Source: Sphingomonadales bacterium
GTDB taxonomy: Bacteria > Bacteroidota > Bacteroidia > UBA7662
Direction of reading: 5' to 3'
DNA length: 64,000 nt
NCBI GenBank assembly: GCA_016872215.1
Contig: VHAX01000003.1
Coordinates: 8,820 to 72,819 of the forward strand
The first letter of the stretch is position 1; each line of letters begins with the position of its first letter. The notes beneath the pieces are model-generated. The model made no database searches. It was not told the origin of the DNA and saw only the letters and a program-made list of their open reading frames with translations. This document shows, piece after piece, positions 18,755 through 28,283 of this stretch. Both the position numbers and the translations under genes were made by a program.

Positions 18755-20422
18755 TTAATTCGTCGGCTTTTTTCTGCCCCAAAATCCAGACAATCGGGGA
18801 AGGGGTATGCGCCCCTCGCGATTCGCGGCCAATGTCAACAATACGCCAGCGGGGAGTAGGACGATGCTGGAAATCCACATCCCCAGGTGCACATCCACAA
18901 CGCCGTCTCGGGCGAGCTTTTCGCTGCTCATGGTAATCACATGGTAGATCAGGAACAGGAGTATGGAGATGAGCATGGGAAATCCCAATCCCCCACGCCG
19001 AATCAGCGCACCCATGGGCGCACCAATCAGGAAGAACAGAAAGCATGCAAACGAAAGCGAAAATTTCCGGTGAATCTCGAGGTAATGGCGGTTGAGCATA
19101 TGCCTACGGCCCTCTAGTTCCCGCAAGCGCATTGAACTATAGCCCTGTAGGGTCTGCGCCGATTGCACGGCATCGCGCAATAGGGTGATGGAGTCGGTAT
19201 GGGTGATCTGCTGCTCATTTCGCCTTTTTTCCGCCCAAATGGCTGCGAGTGAGTCGCCTCTGGTGCGTACAGACTCGATGATTTGTCCCGCCCCGCCGGG
19301 TAAATTTGTTGCTTCCCTTGTCGGTAAATTTTGTCGACCCAAGACCGATAGGGTTTCTGCTTCCGAATAGGACGAATTTGAGGTTGTATCAACATCCATG
19401 AGCGATTGACCCGATTCCGTGCTTGAGGTCGATTGCACCGATTCTTGCATGCTGTGTGTGCCGCGTACCTGAAGCCGATGCGCATCACGATGGGTGGCAT
19501 TCGATTTGGAAGCGAAGAGCAGGCTGTCGCTGAAGTGGTAGAATTGCTTCATTGTATGACGTATATCGCGGTCACGCTCTTCGTAGGCGGTTTCCAGTGA
19601 ATCCGTGGCCTGCTTTAACTGGTTTAGATTGAGCATCGAAAAATAATCGCGGAAAATCGATTCATCGCTGCGTTTCATGTTGAAGGATGACAGGTCAAAA
19701 TGAATTTCCTGCACAGCAAAGCTGGTTTTCAGATGAGGTCGGTTTCGACGGGAGGGCGCATCTTCCTGTAGTTCTTCATAAGTATAGCCGTCATATAGCT
19801 TTAGGCTCAGGTACCTTTGGTCGGCGCTCATAGTCATCCTGCCCCGCTTGGCGGTGATGACGCTGGTATTGCCGCGCCCACTGCTATGATCGTAGATGAG
19901 AATATCGCGAAGGTGTTCCCCGTCCTCACTTTTTTGTCCAACCCGCAGGGCATAATTTTCGATTTCTGTATAAAAACGTCCCTCTTTAATGGAGAGCGCC
20001 GGTTTTTTTTGTTGGATGTCGAACAAGAGCGACCCGAATTTGAGTCGCGACTGGGGCAACAGGGTATCGGAGAACAGGAAAGCGGCCACACTGAAGAGGA
20101 CAGACAGCAGCAGAAGGGGGCGTACCAGCTTCCAGAGACTGATTCCGGCGGCTCTTGTCGCGGTGAGTTCATTGTACTCGCCAAATTGCCCCAGGGTCAT
20201 AATAGATGATAGGAGCATGGCCAAGGGTAGGGCCATGGGCACAAAACTTGCCGAGGCATACATCAACAGCTCCGCAATCACATACCATTCCAATCCCTTA
20301 CCCACCAGATCGTCCATGTAGACCCACAGAAACTGCATCACCAGGATGAACAGCACAATGAAAAAGGTGAGGATGAACGGACCGGCAAAGGTCCTGATCA
20401 GCAGTCGCCCAAGTACACCCAC
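18755..20422 (-). CDS. LptF/LptG family LPS export permease
   Basis: VPMALPLAMLLSSIMTLGQFGEYNELTATRAAGISL, HRKFSLSFACFLFFLIGAPMG. Confidence 0.9.
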   Translation of the reverse strand: MGVLGRLLIRTFAGPFILTFFIVLFILVMQFLWVYMDDLVGKGLEWYVIAELLMYASASFVPMALPLAMLLSSIMTLGQFGEYNELTATRAAGISLWKLVRPLLLLSVLFSVAAFLFSDTLLPQSRLKFGSLLFDIQQKKPALSIKEGRFYTEIENYALRVGQKSEDGEHLRDILIYDHSSGRGNTSVITAKRGRMTMSADQRYLSLKLYDGYTYEELQEDAPSRRNRPHLKTSFAVQEIHFDLSSFNMKRSDESIFRDYFSMLNLNQLKQATDSLETAYEERDRDIRHTMKQFYHFSDSLLFASKSNATHRDAHRLQVRGTHSMQESVQSTSSTESGQSLMDVDTTSNSSYSEAETLSVLGRQNLPTREATNLPGGAGQIIESVRTRGDSLAAIWAEKRRNEQQITHTDSITLLRDAVQSAQTLQGYSSMRLRELEGRRHMLNRHYLEIHRKFSLSFACFLFFLIGAPMGALIRRGGLGFPMLISILLFLIYHVITMSSEKLARDGVVDVHLGMWISSIVLLPAGVLLTLAANREGRIPLPRLSGFWGRKKPTN

Positions 20423-20435
20423 TCCAAAAAATCGA

Positions 20436-20816
20436 TTATGCCCCGATGCGGCTGCGCAGTGTGTTTACGGACTGATTCCACAGCATGCGGTTTTCATCTT
20501 CTTCGCCCGACTCGCAAAAATCCGTAATCAAAATGGACACATCTGAAGTGAGTTCATCCACTTTGATGCGCAGTTCGAAAAATTCACCTGTAGGGGAATC
20601 CTTCCAGCGAAACCGAACGTGGGAGTTGTTTTTGTTTTCCAGCAGATCAGCACGATTGCTGCTCTGATTCCAAACGAACTCAAAGTCACCCCCATGAACG
20701 TTCACTCGGTCGGCAAACCAGGTCTCGAGACCGGAAGGAGTAGAAATCTGCTTAAAAAGCAGTTTGGGAGAGCAATGGAACAAGTATTCCAGCTTTAAAG
20801 TCACACGTTGTGCCAT
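20436..20816 (-). CDS. START-like/SRPBCC domain protein conserved in Bacteroidota
   Basis: STPSGLETWFADRVN, DELTSDVSILITDF, LWNQSVNTL. Start placed at ATG 20816. Confidence 0.75.
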   Translation of the reverse strand: MAQRVTLKLEYLFHCSPKLLFKQISTPSGLETWFADRVNVHGGDFEFVWNQSSNRADLLENKNNSHVRFRWKDSPTGEFFELRIKVDELTSDVSILITDFCESGEEDENRMLWNQSVNTLRSRIGA

Positions 20817-20928
20817 CCGCTTCGATTTTCTGAGCCCGGGCCGGACCCACCTTTGTTTGTGGTAACCGGCCAAAAACACAAGGGTACGAAAAAAGAGGGA
20901 TTTATGCAAATGTTTTTGGATCATACAG

Positions 20929-20936
20929 TATATTTG
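20929..20936 (+). promoter_or_regulatory. Bacteroidota sigma-ABfr -7 element (TAnnTTTG) for tRNA-Met
   Basis: TATATTTG ends 11 nt upstream of the tRNA 5' end. Confidence 0.7.
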
Positions 20937-20947
20937 CGCCCTGAATT

Positions 20948-21021
20948 GGCGAGGTAGCTCAGATGGTTAGAGCGCAGGATTCATAACCCTGAGGTCACGG
21001 GTTCAACTCCCGTCCTCGCTA
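20948..21021 (+). tRNA. tRNA-Met (CAT), probably elongator; CCA not encoded
   Basis: GGCGAGG/CCTCGCT acceptor stem, D-loop AGATGGTTA, anticodon arm CAGGA-TTCATAA-CCCTG, T-arm ACGGG-TTCAACT-CCCGT. Confidence 0.95.
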
Positions 21022-21192
21022 CAGATTTCTCCTTATAACAACGCGGACAAATATTTAGGAATTTCCGAAAGATAAATGTTGTGGAGAGGGTGTGGGGCAT
21101 GTTTCCATGCCATTCCTGGGAGATCAGTTGTTAAATTTTGATTTGTTATTGGGTTAGGATTGGGTTTGATGGGCAATTTGACGATAGATCGT

Positions 21193-22188
21193 TCATGGTC
21201 CACCGTTCTTCGTCGATGCACGTTCGAGGCGGTCGTTAATCGCCCGACCCAATCCAATATTCGGTGCCTTTTCCGCGAAGATGATACTCGGACTCCGATC
21301 GTCAAGTTCCCGAATCGCACGAAATAAATTACGGGCTGCCTCGGCAAGGTTGCCTGTTTGACTCAATATCCATTGTTGTTGCTCTTCAATCTCGATCAGC
21401 GCCGTAGAAAACCGAAGCCAGGTGGCCCCGGAAAGCCGGGGAGGGCTCATTCTTGAGGCCAATCCCCTCCATTCATCTCCGGAATAGGTCAGAAGAATGC
21501 ATCTTGGGGCATAGTGACTTTGCAACATCCCTGGTGCCCCCGGGTATGAGGAGGATAGCATTTTGTGGATTTTGTAACCCATGAAATCTTCGAGCTCCTC
21601 CTCTGGTATGCCTCCCCTGCGCAAGATCACGGGTGTTTCACTGCTGAGATCCAAAACAGTACTTTCCAACCCCACACTGCTGTCACCCCCTTCCAGGATA
21701 TAACCGACTTGCCCTCCCAGCTGATTGAGGACATGGGCCGAACAGGTTGGACTAACATAGCCGAATGGGTTGGCACTCGGGGCGGCCAGAGGGAAGTCAA
21801 TTCGGGTCAGCAAATCGAGCGTGAGCCGATGATTGGGTACCCGCACGGCCACCGTTTCCAGTCCGGAGCTCACCAAATCCGGAATCAGGGACTTTCGTTT
21901 CAAGACCAGGGTTAGAGGTCCGGGCCAAAAGTGGTCCGCAAGGCGCCAGATCAATTCGTTGACCCCGTAGACATACCTGTCCAGTTCCGCAGCGCGTGAC
22001 AAATGAACAATCAGTGGGTCGAAAGCGGGGCGGTTCTTGACCTGAAAAATGGAAAGAACAGCCTGCTCGTCCAACGCATTAGCCGCAAGGCCATAAACCG
22101 TTTCCGTTGGGATGGCCACCAGACCGCCCTCCCGAAGGATGCGGGCGGCCCTATCAAGGTCAGTGCCAGTTTTCATCTGCGCTTGCAT
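21193..22188 (-). CDS. sua5: L-threonylcarbamoyladenylate synthase, Sua5 type (YrdC plus SUA5 domain)
   Basis: VAIPTETVYGLAA, KNRPAFDPLIVH, AAPSAN, APGMLQSHYAP and AINDRLERA. Confidence 0.95.
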   Translation of the reverse strand: MQAQMKTGTDLDRAARILREGGLVAIPTETVYGLAANALDEQAVLSIFQVKNRPAFDPLIVHLSRAAELDRYVYGVNELIWRLADHFWPGPLTLVLKRKSLIPDLVSSGLETVAVRVPNHRLTLDLLTRIDFPLAAPSANPFGYVSPTCSAHVLNQLGGQVGYILEGGDSSVGLESTVLDLSSETPVILRRGGIPEEELEDFMGYKIHKMLSSSYPGAPGMLQSHYAPRCILLTYSGDEWRGLASRMSPPRLSGATWLRFSTALIEIEEQQQWILSQTGNLAEAARNLFRAIRELDDRSPSIIFAEKAPNIGLGRAINDRLERASTKNGGP

Positions 22189-22424
22189 GATGCCGTAAAA
22201 TTAGTCACCCTTGCCATTTTCGGTCAAATTTCATAGAATTGTAGCCTTGAAACAATGGCCGTCCGATTGGTTGGCCGAAGCCCTTCCACCTTAAATGTTC
22301 CGAACCACGACTCTAAACGATTTGAATCTTGAATCGGTTACTGATTGTGGGTTTCGGAACCTCCTAAAGAAATGACAAAATACAATTACCTAAATGATCT
22401 TCACCTCCCTATCCGCTATTCCAA

Positions 22425-25142
22425 ATGTCCCCAGTCCTTTTCCATCAAAATCATAGAGCTTCCGTGAAACTAAATCTATATAAGAAATTCAATCCCTTAC
22501 TCGTATTATTGGCGCTGTGCACAATTTATTCGCCACTGGCGCACGGCCAGACCATCCGATGCTACACTACCGAAATGGAGGAGCAGATGTACGGCTCCCT
22601 GAAGCCGATGATCGACATCCGGTTTGAAGAGTGGATGGCACGAAAACGGACCGAAATGGCCGTTCATCCCCAACCGGAAACCGGCCCCCGAATCCTGCCC
22701 ACTGTGGTTCATATCATATACCGAAACGAAAGCGATGCGTGGAACATCAGTAATGCACAGGTACTGTCGCAAATCCAGGTGTTGAATGAGGACTTTATGC
22801 GGCAAAATCCAGATACTGGTAACACTCCGGTCGTGTTTCGTCCTGTGGCCTCCAACTCCAATATTCAGTTTTGCCTCGCCCAACAAGACCCCTCCGGCAA
22901 TCCCACGAACGGCATTATTCGCCACGCCTTCCCCAACACCACCAGCTATAGCACAAGTACCTTCAACAGTCAGGTTAAGCCCAACACGATCTGGGACCCA
23001 ACGCGCTATTTCAATATTTGGGTGGCCAACCTCAGCGGGGGCGTATTGGGTTATGCACAATTCCCTTCCGGAACGGGCCTGCCTGGACTAACAGGGGGGA
23101 GCGCCAACACCGATGGAATCGTTTTGCTCTATTCTTCTATAGGCCGCCCGCCGGCGAACCCATTCCCCGGACAATATAACGGCGGACGAACAGCGACGCA
23201 TGAGGCGGGACATTTTCTGGGTTTGCGTCACATCTGGGGGGATGGGGGTTGTACGGTCGATGACTACTGCGACGACACCCCCCGCAGCAGCCAGTCAAAC
23301 TCCGGATGCCCCAACGTGAACCGGTGCAACGACATGACCTATCCCCCTAATCCGACCACCGACTGGCCGGATATGGTTCAGAACTACATGGACTACACCA
23401 ACGATGCGTGCATGAATATTTTCACGGCCAATCAAACGGAGCGAATGAATGTCGTTCTGCAAAACGGCACCCGTCGGGCTAGCCTGCTCACGAGCAATGG
23501 CTGTCAACCCCCCATCCTGCGACCGGTGGCAGCTTTTGTTCAAACAGCGGATTCGGTTTGTCGCGGTGGATTTGTGGCTTATCGCGACAACAGCCAGAAC
23601 AACCCGGATTCCCGCGTATGGTTCTTCCCCGGTGGGTCCCCGGCCACCGACACAGGAGCCACCCCCGCCCCGGTAAGGTATGATTCGGCAGGAGTATTTA
23701 CCGTAACCCTCATTTCAACCAATGTGACCGGATCGGACACGCTCATACGTCAGCTTGCGGTTCGGGTAACCGACTCGCTGCAAATCACCCTCGGAACTCC
23801 CCAGCCACTTTGTGTGAACAGTGGGGTCACTGCCCTGCGGATCGGATTCCCCCGCGGGGGGCGTTATACCGGTCCTGGTACCTCGGGCGATAGCCTGTTC
23901 CGGCCATCAGCAGCGGGCGTAGGAACCCATACACTTACCTATACCCTTCCAGGTTGCCAGTTTTCGCAATCCACCACCGTACAGGTTCTGCCCGTGACCG
24001 CGGTGCAAATTGACTCATTACCGACAAGAATCTGCCTGAACGCGGCAAGCCTAAATTTAACTGCGAGTATTGCAGGGGGTAGCTTCTCAGGCCCAGGTGT
24101 TTTGGGCAACAACTTCAACCCATCCACTGCTGGTCGCGGTCGACATACGCTGATTTATTCGTTACCCAACAGTAACGGATGCGTCTCTGTCGATACCGCC
24201 TTCATTGAGGTTGATTCCCTACCACGAATCGCCACACCGCCGGCCAATATTCCGGCAGTTTGTGTGAACACAACCCCCATTGCGCTGCCTCAGGGGGTTC
24301 CCGTTGGTACATGGTCGGGTCCGGGGGTGCGAAACGATAGCCTTATCCCCTCCCTGGCGGGTGCCGGGGTGTTTGCCATCACCTACACAACAACGCCCGA
24401 TTCCATTTCAGGCTGTGTGAATCGGCTGACGCGCAGCATAACCATCAACCAGCCTCCGGCACTAACCTTCTGGCCAGTGAATCCGGTTTGCGTGCGCGGC
24501 TCTAATATTCTCCTCAATCAGGCCAGCATTCCGGGGGGCTCCTATACGGGGCCTGGTGTTTCATTCGGGATATTTAGTCCCTCCCAGGCCGGTGTTGGAC
24601 TGCATACGATTCAGTATAGCGGACAGAGTGGTGGTTGCGTGGTTACCGGATCCTACACCATTCGGGTTTTTGAGGCGCCGCCTGCTGAAATCGAGGCCGT
24701 TTCGGGCGTACTTCGTTCAGTGAACGCTGGTAGTTCCTATCGCTGGTTTGTAGATGGGATATGGATCGATACGGTAGCCATTCGCACTCTGATTCCTCAG
24801 CGAAGTGGGATTTACCAGCTGATATTGGATTCTGCGGGTTGTCTTTCTGATTCCAGCGCCGGATTTTCATTCTTTATGACTTCTCTATCTGAAAGCGCTT
24901 CAGCTACTGAGTACCGAATCTATCCCAATCCTGCACAGTCGGTCATTTTTTTAAAGGGTAACGATCTGGTCCAATGCATGGATTGGTTTGCAGTTGATGC
25001 AGCGGGTCGACGAGTAGCACTTATGGGTCAGCCTGGGGGTGATGTAGTGAAATTGGATGTGGATGCCTTACCCAACGGGCTCTATATGCTTGAGTTTATG
25101 TCGACCAACGGACTTGGTCGACTCAGATTTGTGAAGCGATAA
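22425..25142 (+). CDS. M43 (pappalysin/ulilysin-like) zinc metalloprotease with PKD-like domain, four Ig-like repeats and T9SS CTD
   Basis: RTATHEAGHFLGLRHIW, NYMDYT Met-turn, WFFPGG PKD-like segment and IYPNPAQ...LPNGLYMLE CTD. Exact start uncertain. Confidence 0.9.
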   Translation: MSPVLFHQNHRASVKLNLYKKFNPLLVLLALCTIYSPLAHGQTIRCYTTEMEEQMYGSLKPMIDIRFEEWMARKRTEMAVHPQPETGPRILPTVVHIIYRNESDAWNISNAQVLSQIQVLNEDFMRQNPDTGNTPVVFRPVASNSNIQFCLAQQDPSGNPTNGIIRHAFPNTTSYSTSTFNSQVKPNTIWDPTRYFNIWVANLSGGVLGYAQFPSGTGLPGLTGGSANTDGIVLLYSSIGRPPANPFPGQYNGGRTATHEAGHFLGLRHIWGDGGCTVDDYCDDTPRSSQSNSGCPNVNRCNDMTYPPNPTTDWPDMVQNYMDYTNDACMNIFTANQTERMNVVLQNGTRRASLLTSNGCQPPILRPVAAFVQTADSVCRGGFVAYRDNSQNNPDSRVWFFPGGSPATDTGATPAPVRYDSAGVFTVTLISTNVTGSDTLIRQLAVRVTDSLQITLGTPQPLCVNSGVTALRIGFPRGGRYTGPGTSGDSLFRPSAAGVGTHTLTYTLPGCQFSQSTTVQVLPVTAVQIDSLPTRICLNAASLNLTASIAGGSFSGPGVLGNNFNPSTAGRGRHTLIYSLPNSNGCVSVDTAFIEVDSLPRIATPPANIPAVCVNTTPIALPQGVPVGTWSGPGVRNDSLIPSLAGAGVFAITYTTTPDSISGCVNRLTRSITINQPPALTFWPVNPVCVRGSNILLNQASIPGGSYTGPGVSFGIFSPSQAGVGLHTIQYSGQSGGCVVTGSYTIRVFEAPPAEIEAVSGVLRSVNAGSSYRWFVDGIWIDTVAIRTLIPQRSGIYQLILDSAGCLSDSSAGFSFFMTSLSESASATEYRIYPNPAQSVIFLKGNDLVQCMDWFAVDAAGRRVALMGQPGGDVVKLDVDALPNGLYMLEFMSTNGLGRLRFVKR

Positions 25143-25199
25143 ATCCCGATGCAATAAATCCTGACATATGGATTGCAAATGAGCGTAACTTGGAATCGG

Positions 25200-26989
25200 T
25201 CAATCAGAAATCAACGCAAGCAAATGTTCGTGGATGCCCGCAGGATCTAATCGATGCATCGCATACAATTCGTCGGGATTCCCTTGGGTAACAAATGTGT
25301 CGGGCAGAGCAGCGACCTGAAATTTCCCTTTGTAACCTGCCTCCATGAGCGCATGTCCGATAGCGGATCCCGCACCTCCCCGAAGGCATCCGTCCTCCAC
25401 CACAAGCACGAATGGTTGGGCATGGATGTGCGACAATAATTCTGGGTCGATTGGTTTCACGAAGCGCAGATCCCCCAGTGGGCCACATCTGTATACCGGC
25501 CTAAACGATCCAAATATTGTACCACATACATGGCCATAGTCCCTGCCGAAATTACCATTCCCGACTCTCCCTCAGTCAATCAATGTTCAGTGTATTTAGT
25601 TAGGGGATTTAGAGTCCCTTTTTCGGGCCGATCCGGTGCATGTCCGCGCGGGTATCGGATGGCGAAGGGTCCAGAATCATGATGGAGTACAGTATACATC
25701 ATCAGCCGAAGTTGCTCCGCATTTCGGGACGCCGCTATTGTGAGGTTGGGAATGTACGATAAATACGACAGGTCGAAGGCACCGTGGTAGGTCGGGCCAT
25801 CCGCGCCCGCTAAACCGGCCCGGTCAATACAAAAAATAACCGATAGTTTTTGAAGCGCCACATCATGGACAATTTGGTCGTAGGCCGCTGAAAGAAAGTT
25901 GAATAAATGGCTACAAAAGGGCGCGGGGAGCGGGTGGCCATACCTGCCGCAAACGTCACGGCGTGTGCCTCCGCAATCCCCACATCATAGCAGCGATCGG
26001 GCATTTAATCCATCATGATTTTGAGGGATGTGCCGGAAGGAATGGCTGCGGTTGTGCCAACAACCCGATGGTCGCCCTGCGCCAGTTCCAACAGGGTTTG
26101 ACCGAATACATCCTGGAATTTGGGGCCCGAACGCTCAGGCTCCGGGAGCGATTTACCGCTTACTTTATCGAATCGGCCTGGTGCGTGCCAACGCGTCTGC
26201 TCCTCTTCTGTGGGGGAAAAGCCTTTGCCTTTGTGTGTAGAAATATGAATGGTGAAGGGCTTTGGATCGCGATCCCAATCTCGGAATGCATTTATTAATT
26301 GTTGCAAATCGTGACCGTCATAGCATCCACTATAGGGTATAGGGTATTCCCAGATTTTAGAAGATAGAGTCGGTTCGATCTGTGGCGTGACCGGTTTTCA
26401 GGTTGAGAAGATGTTTGCTGATTCCGTCGACATTCGGGTCTATACTCATTTGGTTTTCGTTGATTACTACCAAAACCGGCAATACGCTTCCGCTGAGTTG
26501 ATTTAGTGCTTCATAGCCAATCCACCCGTTAATGCACCATCACCTGTAACAGCAATAAAGCGGAAAGGGCTTGCGCTCTTGAGGTTGTTATTTTTCTAAG
26601 CCATTCCGATGGCGGCGCTGATTAAGGTGCTGGCGTGACCCATGCCAAAACTGTCAAACACGCTTTCTGACTGACTGGGAAATCCACTGATCCCACCCAA
26701 AACCCGGTTTCCAGCAAATGCCTGTCTACGGCCGGTCAGTATTTTGTGGGCGTAAGCCTGGTGACCCACATCCCAAATAATCGAATCAATCGGAGTACGG
26801 AATACATAGTGAAGGGCAATCGTTAGTTCAACCACACCCAAGTTGGCGCCAAAGTGCCCACCCCGCTCACTAATTTCATGAATGAGGAACTGCCGCAATT
26901 CATCGGCAAGGATAGGGAGTTGGGCCTCGTTGAGCCGACGCAACTCGTCGGCACTTTCTATACTCTTCAGTAGGGGATGCGCGCTTCAT
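25200..26989 (-). pseudogene. dxs: 1-deoxy-D-xylulose-5-phosphate synthase pseudogene (at least 8 frameshift or nonsense lesions)
   Basis: Fragments in several frames: [60 protein letters not shown] and DLRFVKPID. Confidence 0.93.
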
Positions 26990-27954
26990 CCACGCTGAAT
27001 CAGAAAATATAGATAGGCCGCATAGGTCAATAGGAAAATCAAACCCTCTAATCGACCCAAACTATGTTTTTTTCCAAGGAATACCAAAACGAAAAGCAGG
27101 AGTGAAGTCGCCGACATCACCCACATGTCTGAAATCATCACAACCGAAAATCGGATGGGATGAATGCTCGTGGAAGTTCCAAGGATGAACAATATGTTAA
27201 AAATATTTGATCCTACAATATTGCCAATCGCAATATCATTTTCCTTGCGGATGGTGGCAACAACCGAGGTAAACAGCTCCGGGAGTGAGGTGCCTGCCGC
27301 AACCAATGTAAGTCCAATTAATGTTTCCGATGCGTCCAATGACACCGCAATCTTTACCGCATTGTTTACGCATAAATCAGCGCCCCATGCGAGAAACGCA
27401 ATTCCTGCGACCAGCATACCCACCAAGAGCATGGGAGGCTTTGACGGATATTCTGGCGTGGATTCTATATCTACCTCATGATTTCTGCTCTTTCTGGTCA
27501 TCCACACCAGATAATATAAAAAGAGCCCAAAGAGGACAAGGAGTATGATACCGTGTACCCGTCCCATCCTGCTGGTTTGGGAAACAGAATCTGCAGACAT
27601 GACCCCCATCAAGGTGAGCAGCAATGCAGTGCCAAGAGTGATGGGGATCTCGGCGTACGTTGTGTTTTTTTGCACGGTCAGCCGACGGATTATGGCCGAT
27701 AGCCCTAGTATTAAGAGGATGTTCACGATGTTGCTTCCCACAACATTACCCATTGCGATATCTGAATTTCCTTTGAGTGCAGCGAATAAACTCACTAGAA
27801 GCTCTGGGAGGGATGTCCCCATGGAAACGATTGTCAGGCCAATCACAATGACCGGAATGTGGAATTTTCTGGCGATTCCCGATCCTCCTCTAATGAGCCA
27901 ATCGGAACCTAATAGCAACATAGCCATACCCACGAAAAACTTCAATATTGTCAT
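26986..27954 (-). CDS. Ca2+/Na+ antiporter (CaCA, YrbG-like)
   Basis: Two alpha repeats: SMGTSLPE...GNVVGSN and AAGTSLPE...GNIVGSN. Confidence 0.93.
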   Translation of the reverse strand: MTILKFFVGMAMLLLGSDWLIRGGSGIARKFHIPVIVIGLTIVSMGTSLPELLVSLFAALKGNSDIAMGNVVGSNIVNILLILGLSAIIRRLTVQKNTTYAEIPITLGTALLLTLMGVMSADSVSQTSRMGRVHGIILLVLFGLFLYYLVWMTRKSRNHEVDIESTPEYPSKPPMLLVGMLVAGIAFLAWGADLCVNNAVKIAVSLDASETLIGLTLVAAGTSLPELFTSVVATIRKENDIAIGNIVGSNIFNILFILGTSTSIHPIRFSVVMISDMWVMSATSLLLFVLVFLGKKHSLGRLEGLIFLLTYAAYLYFLIQRG

Positions 27955-27990
27955 CGATTTTTTTGCGAAGGTAGTTTATACCAAGCGGTC

Positions 27991-27998
27991 TACATTTG
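27991..27998 (+). promoter_or_regulatory. -7 promoter element upstream of small ORF 28036
   Basis: TACATTTG matches TAnnTTTG. Confidence 0.55.
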
Positions 27999-28035
27999 CG
28001 TTTTTAATAATTTTTAAGAAACATCTTCTTTTTTT

Positions 28036-28251
28036 ATGCAAAGAAATTTTACCAAAGATCTATTGATTTCGGCCCTTTTTTTAGATCCCTGGGATCCCCG
28101 ACGTAATCTGGCCGAACACCTCATGGCTGGAAACCGAGAGCTCACCGATGAATGCCTGACCCTGCGCTCACTTTTTCGGGATATGGCAGCGCATCCTATG
28201 GAACCTGGTCAGGAACAGGTCGACCGGATTTTGTCGGCCCTACATTTTTAA
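28036..28251 (+). CDS. Small hypothetical protein (71 aa), Bacteroidota-type, possibly anti-sigma-like
   Basis: ATG start, own promoter motif, fills the intergenic gap. M..NFT.D.LI...EP....VDRIL pattern resembles, from recall, small helical proteins of Bacteroidota. Confidence 0.55.
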   Translation: MQRNFTKDLLISALFLDPWDPRRNLAEHLMAGNRELTDECLTLRSLFRDMAAHPMEPGQEQVDRILSALHF

Positions 28252-28283
28252 TTGCAAAACAAAGTAGAGGTATATACCCTTTA

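Noticed and set aside
20948-21192. tRNA-Met as an integration site for an island
   Set aside because: No integrase, no duplicated tRNA 3' end seen in the window, and both flanks are housekeeping genes.
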